DNA of 52,138 nt, filler included, from Basidiobolus ranarum (GCA_040143965.1; 2 parts of 2 records of this genome joined end to end with filler, not necessarily neighbours in it), one strand, 5' to 3'. Numbered from the whole stretch's first letter, positions 12,269 through 25,649 are shown. Numbers and translations: made by a program. Notes: a model not told the origin generated them from the sequence alone.

Positions 12269-13045
12269 TCATTCCACGTGTAAGCGAAATCTCCACCACT
12301 GTATGTGTCACACCACATACTGTGGGCGATTGTTTCAATATAAACTGATTTCCTCTTTTTTCCACCTGTACAGAACGTCATCCACGAGGAAGATTCGTCA
12401 GACACCCATTTAGGACTGAATATTGTGTATTTCCAAGCAATTCAGTACGTGAAGGAATCAAGCCAAGTTGGAGTATTTCGAATTAAAACCATCGTGTCAC
12501 TTGTATATTTCATCCAACACCTGTTGATAGATCTGGAGAGCTGTCTGGATCATCTCAATGCGGCATGAAGCCTGTCAAAAGCTTCTTCGTCACAACTAAA
12601 GCAAGCGCTCATTTTTTATTGTGAGAAAGTAGCTACGACCACATTTGCCAGTTAAAACGATTTACCAGTTGTTTGGATATGGCTCTACCAATGAGCTTGT
12701 AGAGCGACTGATAACTTGTTGAACAGTCTAGAAATCCGTGATATCACTATACCAATATATAAACCACTTTCCCAGGCTCTCCAAGATGGTATCATAAAGC
12801 ACTCGGTCGTACGTTGTAGTACACTCTAAAGTGTCAACGATTCAGTTGCTAGCAGTCTACGAAAGAAGCTTCCTTGAAACCTTCCACTTGCTTTCTCCTG
12901 GAAAGAATAAAGTTCAAGGCGAGCTTAGTTGTGGTGAAATGCGAAGTTATTGTGATGAAGCTGTCGAACCTGCACCTGACTGGGCCTGGGGTTGAAACCT
13001 CCAGGCTATATTTAGTCATGACAGCTTGGGAATTAATCCTTTGTC
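12269..13045 (-). pseudogene. Probable decayed spliced gene of unknown family (may extend to ~13500)
   Basis: Protein-like reading in one frame (DTLECTTTYDRVLYDTILESLGKWFIYWYSDI...IEMIQTALQIYQQVLDEIYK) broken by stops. Minus-strand GTAAAT/GTAAAC donor-like and YAG acceptor-like sites lie at 13050-13440. Confidence 0.35.
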
Positions 13046-14450
13046 TCTTGAAGGTATATGCATGTCAAACACAGAGCCTTATTAAGACGCGGTCTCAATA
13101 TAGATTTACCTAACAAGGTTTTGCACAATACAAATGACAACTCCGTAGGAAACGTGGGAGAACTTTCCTTCGGTGTCCAATCATCGTTACCTGTCATTAA
13201 CTGTGACTGAGGATTTTAAATGAACATTGATTCTGAACACCATTTACCTTTTTGCCAAATTGGGTTCACCAAACGAACGAATCATATCAGCTTACAACCC
13301 TTCGACTGGGAATTCTGCACCTCATTCAGGATGCATAGTCCTTTTGGTGCTAATGTCTAACTAGAGATCAGATCACAGGCTCAGTAATTGAGAATGTAAA
13401 GGCAGCCAGCAGAAGTGATATTTGGACGGGGGCTGTTTACTCTTCGGTGTGTTTCGTAGGCTATCCCATATGCAATGCTAAGATAGTAGCCCTAAAACAC
13501 TTTGGTTGAAGATCTCCCTCATAGAGACATTGTGTTGGAGCTTGCCGATTTGGTTCTCACTTGATTTTCAGCCAAGCTCTCTGATGGCTATTAGACCTAT
13601 TATGGCGCACAGCTATGCCACTACACCAGTATATTTGCAGCGGTAGCACTAGAAAAATTGGTATTCTTCATGGATCAGAGCATGAAGAGCTTTATTGTCT
13701 CACTGTGTACAGTTGGATTCGGAGTCCAAGTGAGTACTTCTGCACCCCATCGTCTTCATCCTCAGCGGAGGCAAGGCAGACGGATGGACTCGATGAGTTG
13801 GTCAGCCTCAAGGGAGAAAGAGCTCAATGTCCGTGGTAGGAGGAACAGCAGTTATGGGGATGTGTTGCCTGAGAATGATTCATTAATAATGCATCCAGAA
13901 ACTGTTTGACGTGCGAACGAGATGAATGAATGATAGCTCCACGAACACCACTTGCCACTTTAATCTGAAACCTACAAAATTAGCCAATGACTCACTTACT
14001 AATAACCATGCTAAACATATGCATGCTGTACAACCATCAACAATTGGAGCCATATTCAGGCTGAAAAATATTGCGGTGTTACTGGAGAGAATGGATTTCT
14101 AAATTTCCATTTGGGTGCCATGTCTCATCTGTGTGAAGGGGACCTCCGATTTCTCTGCCTCCCCTTAGATCTAACAGCATATGAATGGACTGAGACTGAA
14201 AACTATGTCTGAATTTGGCATTTACTGCCTTAAAGATTAGATCACCCATTTAGGCATTGCTATGAGTATGAGATTGCACAATGTCAATCAGAATTATCGA
14301 ATTTGACAGTGTAGATTAGAATAGGGGCGATCTATAAGGAATTCGCTGATTGAGGCAAATAGATCGTGATCGTGCTGACGGTGAGAGTTGTCAATCCTTT
14401 ATAACGCAGCCGACACCCAACTACCAATATCTACTCTTCACTATACACAT

Positions 14451-15500
14451 ATGTCTATCCTCGCCCTCGGTACATCACAGCATTTGCTCTCGCTCCCACG
14501 AGAAGTTCTAGCTCATATACTAGGGTTCGTCGACAACCTATCACTTGCTTCACTGACTCATGTCAACTCGACTTTCTTGATCCTTGTTCGCCAAGCAATT
14601 GTTTCGAGAAAACATCTTTTGACCTCACTGATAGTTGCGGAGAGGGACTCGGGAAATTCAGCCATCTTGGCCCGTGCTACACAGAAGCCAACTCTACAAC
14701 TAGGTGTTCCTGCTTGCGCTATATACGAACGAACTGGCACCTTACATCCATTGGAGCCAGTTCCGATGCTTGCAAAAGTGTACTCTTCAAGTAACTTGTT
14801 TTTCTTACTTACTCAAATCAAGGATAGTCAACGGAGGGCAATTGACTCGCTTATAGATGAATGCCAATTTCGTCGTTGCATTAGAGAAAATGATCCATTC
14901 ACCGGGCGTCCTTCTAGTTTTATGAAGCATCCTAATGGTGCTCTTCGAATTGCCAGTCTTCCGACCATGGAGGAGGTGATCCAACTGGAACAGCGTCTTA
15001 ATATCTCCTTACCAATGGACTATGTACACTTCTTGCTTAACCATTCTCACAAGTTACATCATTTCCTTTCTTTTTCACGCGAGGCAAGATGTGAGGGTGT
15101 ACAAATCACTGAACTGGATCTAGACCACGTCAAAACCAATAGAACAATCAATACGATGAGCATTTACCAACCAAGTACCTTACTTACAAATGGACATCCC
15201 AGACGTTTTCTTTGCGTATATTCTAGCCAAAATACTGGGTATAAATTCTACCTGGATGTAACCGATCCTTTACACCATAACTTCGGGTGTATTTTTAGTA
15301 CATGGAACTCAGATCAGCAAAACCACATTCCTACTTGGACAGACCATTCGTTTACTGATCTTTTGATTCGGTTGGAACGGGCTGTGGAAGTGAGTTTGGT
15401 TAAGACACCATCGAAAATCAATGCCAAGCTACTAACTGAGAGCCCAACTGATACCTCATTGTTCCAGCAAATGAAACACATCAAGGAGATCTTTCAATAA
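14451..15500 (+). CDS. F-box + SUKH (SMI1/KNR4-like) domain protein, intronless, ~349 aa
   Basis: F-box LLSLPREVLAHILGFVDNLSLASLTHVNSTF and SUKH PTMEEVIQLEQRLNISLPMDYVHFL...RFLCV...FYLDV.DP...NFGCIF...WTDHSFTDLL. First ATG at 14451 (the ORF track starts at an upstream TTG), with a TATA-like TTTTATAA ~50 nt upstream. Confidence 0.8.
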   Translation: MSILALGTSQHLLSLPREVLAHILGFVDNLSLASLTHVNSTFLILVRQAIVSRKHLLTSLIVAERDSGNSAILARATQKPTLQLGVPACAIYERTGTLHPLEPVPMLAKVYSSSNLFFLLTQIKDSQRRAIDSLIDECQFRRCIRENDPFTGRPSSFMKHPNGALRIASLPTMEEVIQLEQRLNISLPMDYVHFLLNHSHKLHHFLSFSREARCEGVQITELDLDHVKTNRTINTMSIYQPSTLLTNGHPRRFLCVYSSQNTGYKFYLDVTDPLHHNFGCIFSTWNSDQQNHIPTWTDHSFTDLLIRLERAVEVSLVKTPSKINAKLLTESPTDTSLFQQMKHIKEIFQ

Positions 15501-17942
15501 TTCGAAGGATGAAGCCCGTACCGCTTATTAGCTATCCTGTCACGCGTATCTTGTTTCATGTAAATACCAACATCGAACTGCCCTTAATTATTCGCGATAC
15601 GAAACGGCCGAGCCCTATATTCTGTACTAGAAGACCAATCTTAGGGGGCGTTTAATTCAAAATTCGTGAACTCCTTTCCAGCAAACCCACAGCACCTCTT
15701 TTGCATTGCGCAAGTGAAATGTATACTATCATCTTACTATCTCCATGTCCTCATAATAAACAACATTCGGACCATCATCGCGCTCACAGAAATGAAGTTT
15801 CCCATTTACCGGCACGTGATATCCTGCTTTGAAATTGCATCTACCTAAATATGAGAATTCATCTACAAAATGTCTTAGATTATTATCATTTCCACGACTA
15901 TCCAACTGGCCAGTCTATTATTTAAAGTTATCTTATCCCATAACCTCTCCCAAAAATCACTTTAATGTGATGTGGACTCACTTTAAGTCACAAGACTCGA
16001 GAAAACCCCTGGAATTTCTAAGAAACTAGATGGATGATAAATTACCGAATAGTCACATAAATTACCTGTTAAAAGTTAATCAACTAGATTGAATTTATGA
16101 ATTAATAGATGTTGGTTCTGCTGCGCCTTTCAATGGATAAGTCCCTTCGTGGCAGGCTACAATAAGAGAGGGCTCAATAATGAATGGTTTTCTATAGAAT
16201 ATGAAGAGAAAATTATAATTTGAAAATAATCAAATGTAAAGTGAATGTAAGTAAAGACAAGATAACTCGAGATTGTTCAGAATCATAAATCTAACCCTTC
16301 ATCCAGAATGCGGTAAGTACTAATGCGCTATTCTTAGAATACTTTAAAGTATGGTCTCGGCTAATACTATCAGTTTACTTTGAACCCTTTTCGTCAGTTA
16401 GTTTATGACGATTTGCTTCTACCTTACCATAAATATAAAAGCATCAAGGCCATTTGTTCTTGAGAACCAATTACCCTTCTAACTGTCGGAGATTTGTGGA
16501 TAGAACGTTTTTCTTTTGATGTAAGTCATCTCTTCGCGTAAACAACTCAATTGGGGTTTCATTTCATTTCTTAGAGCTAGTCCACATATTACACGATACA
16601 AATGTCTCTGGTTATTCCTTACTTTGAAGGATTAAGCTGCTATGCTATGACCACTAACCATTACTTTGAACTTAAAGTCCGCTTTTGAAAAGCTAAGGAG
16701 ATATCGAATAATATGTTTGACATGAAATTTAAGGTCGCTAATTTTCATTACGACAATAATGGTAATTGAGATATTTTGATGAATTTAAATCAATAACCGC
16801 TCGCATTTACTTACGTTGTGCAGTATATGGGTGAAATCAAGATCACACCAGTATATAGATGTAGCCCCAACATCTAATCTCCAATTCACAAATTTCCCAC
16901 AAATTGCCCGCTGTAGAATTGGTCAAATCTAACCAATCAAAGACCACTCTGAAGATCTTTAAGATATATTTGTTGCTGCTCGACCATCGGCTCAAGTGGT
17001 GATTAGGTTGGCCCAATAGGGCATTTTCTGCTAATCTTCCCTAGCAGGTTCTTTTGCTCTTGACCTGAAAATCCGTAATAGTTTATATAATGAAACTATT
17101 GAATCCCTTTTATAGAATGAGGCAGACATGGGCCCAGAAACCAATGAGTACCTTGCTCTCTAGGATTCCTCGTCCTGGCTACCTCAAACCAAATGAAAGG
17201 CGCATTGAGATTGAATTCTTCCCTCAATGGATTTCCCCCATCCACTGATCACTTTTGAGGCTCTTCTAGATGGCAAAGGCGACCAAGATTGGCACCAATA
17301 ATTTCAAAATGCGACCGTAATAGATATTATATAGTGGGTGTGGATTAGTACTAATTAGGTGTATATTATAAAGTTTACCACGTGAAACCTTGGAAATTAC
17401 AATGTGCCAATTTCATAGTGAACTAGAATTTAGATAGCACTAATTAATATATATATGCATTCATTCAAGTTCTGTCATACCTATGCCGAGATACTAATTT
17501 GAGACCTAGAACTTGAGAATCCGCTGAGCTAGGTATCTTCTCTCTTGCAGCACAAAAATTGCACAGTGATGAGCTTTGGTCCACGTCCCCAGACTTTGAA
17601 TTTTGTGTTTGCATCTAATTCCTTATAATTTTCGTTAAACATCGCTCAACATTTTCTATTGTTTTTCATACCAAGTTTACCTCAACTTTTCCTCACTTTT
17701 GATAAGGGGTTCTGAGCATCGACTTCTATTTATTATTCGATAAATTCTTTTGACCCTTCTTGTCTCCTTTAAACACCCCCAAACTTATTTTGCCATTTAG
17801 TTTATATTCCTTTTCTGTCACTTATTGGAAGGGCTTTTTTCTAAACTCTTTAACTTATATTCGTCTACTCGTCATTTAATTTTTTACGAGTTGTAATATT
17901 TCTTCGCATAAACACTTGTTTTGAAGCACTAAAAAATAACCT

Positions 17943-19608
17943 ATGGCTCATCATCGAGAAGACCTTCGTCGGGAAGTTCCCGGAGTAGTTGGCAGTCAAT
18001 ATCGTGTCGGTAAAAAGATAGGCATGGGGAGTTTTGGTATCATATATGAAGGTACTATGGATTTCCAAAAACTTCTGAACTTTCTTCCCTACCGAATTGT
18101 ATCTAATTCAATACTCTATTTAGGTATCAACCTTGTGAAAAACCAGCAAATTGCTATCAAATTCGTATCCTTTTATTTGGAATTTTATATTCAACTTGTA
18201 TACCTACCTTCCCATTCTCTACCTCTTGTTATATCTTAACTAGAGATTGCACTTCTAATAGGAGCCGAAAAAAACTGAAGTACCCCAACTTCGTGATGAA
18301 TATCGCACTTACAAGATCCTCGCGGGCACACGTGAGCCTTTATATTTCCCGTATGGATTTATTACCGTTGACTAACTTATCCTAATATAGCTGGCATTCC
18401 TACCGCATATTACTTTAACCAGGAGGATATCTATAACGTATTGGTCATCGACCTGCTAGGCCCAAGTTTGGAGGATCTTTTCGATATTTGTCGTCGTAAA
18501 TTTAGTTTAAAAACTGTTGCTATGCTTGCGAAACAAATGGTAAATCCACATCGGATGTGAGTATCTTTTGTCGTCTTTACTTACTTTTTGTTCGTAGTTG
18601 GCGCGAGTGGAAGCTGTACATGAACATAATTTGATCTACCGGGATATCAAACCGGATAACTTTTTGATTGGTCGTTCCCATTCGAAACATGCTAACCAAG
18701 TCTTCATGGTGGACTTTGGAATGGCTAAATATTATCGTGATCCAAAAACGAAGCAGCATATACCGTATAGAGAGCGTAAAAGCTTGAGTGGCACTGCTCG
18801 CTACATGAGTATCAATACCCACCTTGGCCGAGGTATAGACGTTATACAATATAAAATTCCAATCAAGTAGCTGTTCTTAATAGTTTTTATCAGAGCAATC
18901 ACGTAGGGATGATTTGGAGGCTCTTGGCCACGTGTTTATGTACTTCTTGAGAGGTGCTCTTCCTTGGCAAGGCTTGAAGGCCGCCACCAATAAGCAGAAA
19001 TATCAGCGAATTGGTGAGAAGAAGCAAACTACTTCAGTTCAGGAACTAGGCCATGGATTCCCTGGTAAGCTTTTATTCATCTGATTATAACCAATCTTAA
19101 AGCTGATCATCATTTACACAGAGGAATTCGGGAAATTTCTTTCTTATGCTCGCCAACTTGAGTTTGATGAAACTCCCGATTACAAATACTTACGGAGTTT
19201 GTTCGATAAAGTTTTAGAACGAATTGGCGAGCGCGACGATGGCATTTTTGACTGGGTCCTAATCAACAAAAATAGCAAGCATGAGGTAAGTCATTCAGCT
19301 GTTTCGGCCTGCACCATCCTCCAAGATACGATGTTTATATTGACTATTCTTGGATTATAAAGCAAAGCGAACATACCTCTCAAACTTACTTGCAGCCCGA
19401 GCGTAACACAACGCCACACCATTCCAGAGAATCTCAGCATAGACCTTATCAGAGTAAAAGTCCCAACAATAGTAGTTATCAGCATAACAAGCATGATTAT
19501 CGCCATTCAAGAAACAACACTCCATCTCCTGAGCACTTGAATGAAGGAAACAAAGGATTCTGGGCCCGACTCATGGATATTCTAACATGTCGTTCTTGCT
19601 ACACATAG
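17943..19608 (+). CDS. Casein kinase 1, Yck1/2-Cki (membrane-anchored) type, multi-exon
   Basis: [87 protein letters not shown]. The C-terminus [16 protein letters not shown] has two Cys (possible palmitoylation). Confidence 0.95.
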
Positions 19609-22600
19609 TTCAATATCGACTCTTATTTTTAATTCCAGTAATATAACGCTCCGTGCTGCAACGCACTACTGCCAGTCAATAATTCATCTCTTAGTTCAAA
19701 CTCTTTTGCTCTGAAAATATGAATTATACCAAAAATTTCAGCTTCCCCAAGTTAAAATTGAACATATTTCCATGAGTGACTTTTTTTGTACCTGTTAAGT
19801 CTAATTTAATATACCCCTTTCACGTATCACATGTTGGATAAGCATGTATTGTCCATCCATAACCTCCAAATTGACCTTCTTCATACCAAACTTATATTTC
19901 AATAGATACAGTCCATAAATCTTTAATCTGATCCCTTTCAAAGTCACCGCTTTTTGTTCATTCTCCTACTTGTTTCTATCTATTCGTACAATATTTTTGT
20001 CCTTCCCTTGAACACAGTTCCCATATTTTACCAATTAAATAGGTGCCATGTTGATTTGGATGTTTAGTGAAGTGATATGATGTATCATGACAATCTCAGT
20101 AATAACAAATCCGAGTAGCTTGATATGATACTCATGAAGTTCGAGTGAGGGCCGTTGCCTTAGAATATTGTATGCTCTGATTCTAAGAATCTTGAATGAA
20201 TAAGATATATCCAATTTGAGAAAACATTATCGTCATGGACACTTAAGGAACCAGTATCAAGTATATATTCGGTTGTTAACTTACTGATGAAGAGCTGCTA
20301 ATAAACCATTGTCTGGTGAATATCTTTGGATATGAAGATGTAGGAAACCTCGTAATGGTAATAATATAGAATTGTAAACTATAACTGATTCATATTTTTT
20401 AACATATATTTGTTTCGTCATATTATCATATTTATATAGCAACCGGCATTAAAACTATCCACATCAATCGACTTTCTTCCCTTGACATGTGTTCTCGATT
20501 CCCCAGTTGCTTATTAGCACTAACAGTTGAAAAAGATACTGAATTAGTTTTGAACTCATCTACTTTTAGAAGTTCTGTATTTCCCTCATCCATTTAATAT
20601 TTCCTCTCTGTGTTGCACAAGTGGTAGAAGTCTATCTATACTCATGCTTAGTACTTGGCTATTTTTCGCTATCTTATATCATATTCTATTTACTCTATCT
20701 CAAAGCTTATCACCACCCTTATAGTTTAATTTAGAGAAATTTAAATACTCACTAAGCTTATGATCAAACCATCGAATAGGTAAGAAAGTGTGCTTCTCAA
20801 TACAAACTATTATGGTTTGTGAGATGCACTTCTGTCACCTCTGCAAAGCCTTGAACTCTTATCTAGCAATAAAGCAATATAAGGCATCCTTCAGGTAGTC
20901 ACTAAATGTAACTGGAATTTCAATCTTCAATGTATTGATATAAAGCTTGGAACTATTTTAAACCCAGCTAATAGAGTTAGAAACATCCAAAGCATGCAGT
21001 CTGGTAATACAAAAACTTTGCTTCCACATGCAGCTCAACTGTTATACATAATAAAATGGTATTTATAATAACCAGCATGGGTTGAATTCCTTCAGAGAAA
21101 AGCTTGTTTATATGAATTGTGTCCAAAGCACTACTTTCTTCTATTCATTCATTTCTCATTCCTTCTATGAAGAAGTTCATCATGGGCTATCTTTCACCGA
21201 TATGTAACCTTGGATTTCAACCAATATCCTTTCGTCAGCAAAATATACATCTCAACAAGATATTACACGGATATGACTACTATTGTTGACCAACAGCTGC
21301 TTCTAAAATGTATCCCTAGAAATTTTCAAACAAAAGAACATTTGTAATCAGGCATAGGTTGTAGTTGGCAACATACTGATTGCAAATTGAATTAGGAAAG
21401 CCAGCTCGAAGAACACAGCTGTGGCATTAATAACTGTTTAAAGAGTGTGAAATAGCCCTATACCTCTCTGGCAACTGAGGTAAACAAAAGATGCTCAAAA
21501 ACTGTGTGCCATGCGAGATAGGCTACGAGCTTTATTTCCTAAATTCAACTGATATATAGTAGAAGTTTCGGCATTATAGCTAAAGGCTTAAACTCCTACA
21601 CATTGGAATTTTACACTGAAAAATTACTAAAAAAGAATATTTCCTCCGATATTTCAATGGAAACATCCATAAGTGCATTCTTAGATGCATGGGCTTGCTT
21701 CAGCTTAATTCAACTGAGATTAATTTCGAATCTTCTAAATTATCTTGGGATGAATGATGTTTAGCAGATAGAACTGCTCCTATTGACTGAAAACTCTGAG
21801 CCAATTGTAACTCAGATAACTATGCAGAGGGATTATCGTTCCTTATCGGTTGAACTCTAATTACTTTTGCTCAATCCAGAATTAAGGTATCCGTGCTTGC
21901 TAAATTGGGAAGACAAATTTCCTTGGCTCATCCATATTAATGGATTAACACTCTTAGATCCTTATGGATTTGCGATGAAGGTTTAAACCGGGCTTGTTAG
22001 ATCATCATGCTGTCAAGAACCCATGGTCATCCAACATATACATACGTGGCTCAATAAACAAGCCTTGCATCCGGATGGGATGACGCTTTAAAAAATTACC
22101 GAATCCTCAACTTGATTCAGATTCTGCTATAGTTAGGTGCTAGTTTCCCAACGTCGCTTTATTCCTTACCTAATGTAAAAGCACCACGAAAGATGAGTAT
22201 AATCTACGACGATACAAAGCTTCCATACGTGTCGTATCATTTGACATTCTCCTATCTTTGAGACTCGGAGGTTCCAATGTAACCTTAGCGGATATATTCT
22301 GCTTTGAAACTGACACTGAATTCCCCCCGTTATTCCTCAGAAAGCTTCGGATTCGGCTACTTCCCTCCACGTCCTAGTTCACATGACTTTCTACTCGGCG
22401 ATCAACCTTTCAATACATTTGTGCTAACCATCGACCCTCCCTCATCTCAAGTTTAGTTTACCCAAGTCCCTTATCGTACTGAGCCATTCCCTTGTTCACC
22501 TCTCTCGGACACTCATCACAATCGCTCCTTATACGGGTATATTCAAAGTGAAAACCAAAAGAAGAGACATTGTTTATTCCCTTGTCCATATTTGGTACAT

Positions 22601-22740
22601 GGTCACATTAGATGATATCTAAGATGAGATCTCAGTCATTCATTGGTGAGTGACTACATGACCGTACAACAAAGGAAATCCACGTTGAAGTATGAATTCT
22701 AGCTCTGATTCGACGACGATTTCATACTCGGGTGATGCAT

Positions 22741-22773
22741 GGTGTGTGGGTGTGTATGTGTATGTGTAGGTGT
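22741..22773. repeat. Imperfect (GT/TA)n microsatellite
   Basis: ggtgtgtgggtgtgtatgtgtatgtgtaggtgt. Confidence 0.7.
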
Positions 22774-24629
22774 CTTATTCATTTGAAAACCTTACAGAAG
22801 ACTTCTCAATTTCCGGATTTAGGGATATTGTTCAAGCGGTACGTAGATTATGGAGAGATTATCTTATTTCAGGTCAGAGCTAGATCATAGACCCAGTAAG
22901 TAGTTTCTTATTTTCGAGTGTTGAAACATCGTCATTCTTTCTCGGAGAGATGGTCACGATGATCTAATGTAAGCTAGACCCGATGGAAACTGCTGGGGTT
23001 TCTTGCCTGGTTCAACCAGCTGTAGAAATATATAGTGTATACGGCGACATCTCTAATTTATTTTATCCAAAGGATACGACAAGAAATAGATGACGAACAA
23101 TGCCACTACTGGCTTCTAAAAGAAACCTCCGGGAAAGCACACGGATACAGCCATTGGGAGGTTCAACGTGTCATCAGCAGGACAAGTATTAATAATCGAT
23201 ATAAGGAATTCAAACAGTGAAGCAAAATACGATGGCAAAGGAAATATTCCCATCGCCGCTTTAAAAACAAGCCCAATACAAGTGCTTTATAGTCATCTAT
23301 TCCGAATGAATCCTACTTTATTAAGAAACATTCATGAGAATTCACCCAAAAGAGGGATTCCTTCCTTGATGGTTCCACGGACATTCTATTGTGAGGGGCT
23401 GGAGCAGTTGTGTAATATGATACAAGGAGATCCAATGCCGGTTGATCCTACCAGTGGCAGTGATTATTGACTGGTATTTGAAGGGAAAAGGGATGTAATC
23501 TATATTTGCAAGTTCAGCACCTGTACCTATTTGATATGTATGCGCTCATACGATCGGCTAGATTCTAAGCGTCTTCACATGCCATAGAAGCTCGTTTCTA
23601 ATATTTTTTACAGTAAGTAAGGATTCACTAGATGAGTACACGATCTCAATTGGAATTCAATATACGTGATTTTGTAACGTCTGTGGGCGACAGGTGATCT
23701 AAATATCTTGGTTTCTATCAGAGTAACTTCTCATGATACGAGTGCCTTTGAAATGGCAGCATGATTCTTTTTACAAGTGCAAATAACTCTACAGGAAATT
23801 GGAATCCACAGTGATTCCCATATCACACTAATGCATTTGAAGCCTGGGAAAAGAATATTTCATTTCGCTCTAATAGCGCCGCATTTCCCTTTGAGATAGA
23901 TAAGGTTAGTCATTGAACACTCCCTGTTACCGATATTTTGTGTCTATCTCGGGATACTAGAGCTCCACACTTTAATAGCAAACCTGCTTGTCAGATAAAC
24001 CGGAATCTCCATGAATTGACTGATTTTATAAGATTTCCATTGTGCTGGGGTTTGGAGATACTGATAGGCACGTACTAATTTATCTGTGTTATACACATTG
24101 GTTATATTCACCCCTGCTATGCCCTACCCTACCCTGCACTCTCCAGTTCTTTGCAAAGGTCAATAAACCGGAGATTTGGCTTCTAATTGGACAGCATAGT
24201 CTCTACGTCAAGGATTTCTAAAAGCCTACTTCACCTGCAGTAACCGAAAATATTACCAAACGTAGTTGGAGCAGTAAGTTCGTGCATATTAATATACGAG
24301 CAGCATGACATGTGAATTAGATTTATTAAACATAAATTCGTATGGAAAAGTGACATGAAAATGCTGATTGAAGAAGAGTTATAGGCCGGGATTGAGATGA
24401 GCGTATGTATAAAATGTCAATGGAAAAGCATGGAAATAATGAATGACAAAATTGAAAAACAAGAAATGATACGTTGCGGTGATTGGTGGTACGAAGTGAC
24501 AATGGGAATTTCTTATAATTATATTGGCCTCAAGAATATCTAGAGAGATTTGCCGAGTCTACGGCTAATACCTTTATCTCTACATAGTAACGTGCAAGAA
24601 ATGTTACCTGAAGACCACTGATCTTCCAG

Positions 24630-25649
24630 TTATTCACTCTCATCATCTGATGGTGACCCATGCCGGCATGTCTTTCGGTGTCTCTTCATTGCATCTTGTC
24701 TACCAAACCCTCGTCCACACTTCTCACAAGAATATGGTCGCCAATTAAGGTGAGTTTGAGCATGTCGCCTTAGATCGTGCGCCCGATTAAAATATTTCCC
24801 ACATAGCTGACACTGAAATGGTCGTTCTGGGTTGTGTATACGACTGTGAATATTCAGCGAGTGCATCGTTGTAAAAGTCTTTGTGCAATCAGGATGAGGA
24901 CATGGAAAGCTTAAATCGTCTACTGGAGTCACCTTACTTTTAGAGAAGAGTTCCGAGTTCGAGAAATCATCTACCGGATGTATTCCAGAATAGTAATTCT
25001 TTCTTAAGGATTGAGCGATCAACCTTTTTGCCAATGAATCGGAGGAGGTTGATACCGTGTTCATAAGCGCCTCAGAAGATGAGTCCCAAGAAATATATAT
25101 GGTATTCGGTGATTTGTTTGGCGAGGGGACTGGTGGTTGGGTGATTTTAGGCCGTGGAGTAACTTCCGTGGATTTGTATATTGAAGATTGTCCATTTGAT
25201 AATGGCAGGCGATTAAGTACATTTTGAGAAGGAGGTTGAGTGTTATTTTGCATCGAGGTATCATGATGGTAGGGGGAAGAGTTGTTCGAAGGAAACAGCG
25301 CATCAAACTGGCTTAGTTGTAGAGTTTCTTCAGTTGGGTGATGGTGAAAGCTAGCGTTGGAATATGGCAATGGGTAAGTGTCTTGGACTATACTACAGTG
25401 GGTGTTTACAAATTCCTCATCTAACCCCATGGTATAAGGGCAGTGAGGGGAAATACTCGATAATTGAGTCAGTGTAGGGGAAGAAGGCACTGATTTCGAA
25501 CGCAGTTCTTGCTCCTCATCTTCATTAAGTCCAGGAGTATAGCCGTCATTTAAAGAGACAGGGCGTTGATAAGTAGGCGAAGCAAAGTAAGCAGGGTTCC
25601 CAAGAAACGGGTAGGTGGTAAAGTAGTTTGATTCAGATTGGTGGGTCAT
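24630..25649 (-). CDS. C2H2 zinc-finger transcription factor (3 C-terminal fingers), intronless
   Basis: CPHPDC..H..H, CQLC..H..H and CEKC..H...C fingers with NPERPF/NWRPY linkers; S/P/N-rich N-terminus; TATAAA ~60 nt upstream. Confidence 0.9.
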   Translation of the reverse strand: MTHQSESNYFTTYPFLGNPAYFASPTYQRPVSLNDGYTPGLNEDEEQELRSKSVPSSPTLTQLSSISPHCPYTMGLDEEFVNTHCSIVQDTYPLPYSNASFHHHPTEETLQLSQFDALFPSNNSSPYHHDTSMQNNTQPPSQNVLNRLPLSNGQSSIYKSTEVTPRPKITQPPVPSPNKSPNTIYISWDSSSEALMNTVSTSSDSLAKRLIAQSLRKNYYSGIHPVDDFSNSELFSKSKVTPVDDLSFPCPHPDCTKTFTTMHSLNIHSRIHNPERPFQCQLCGKYFNRAHDLRRHAQTHLNWRPYSCEKCGRGFGRQDAMKRHRKTCRHGSPSDDESE

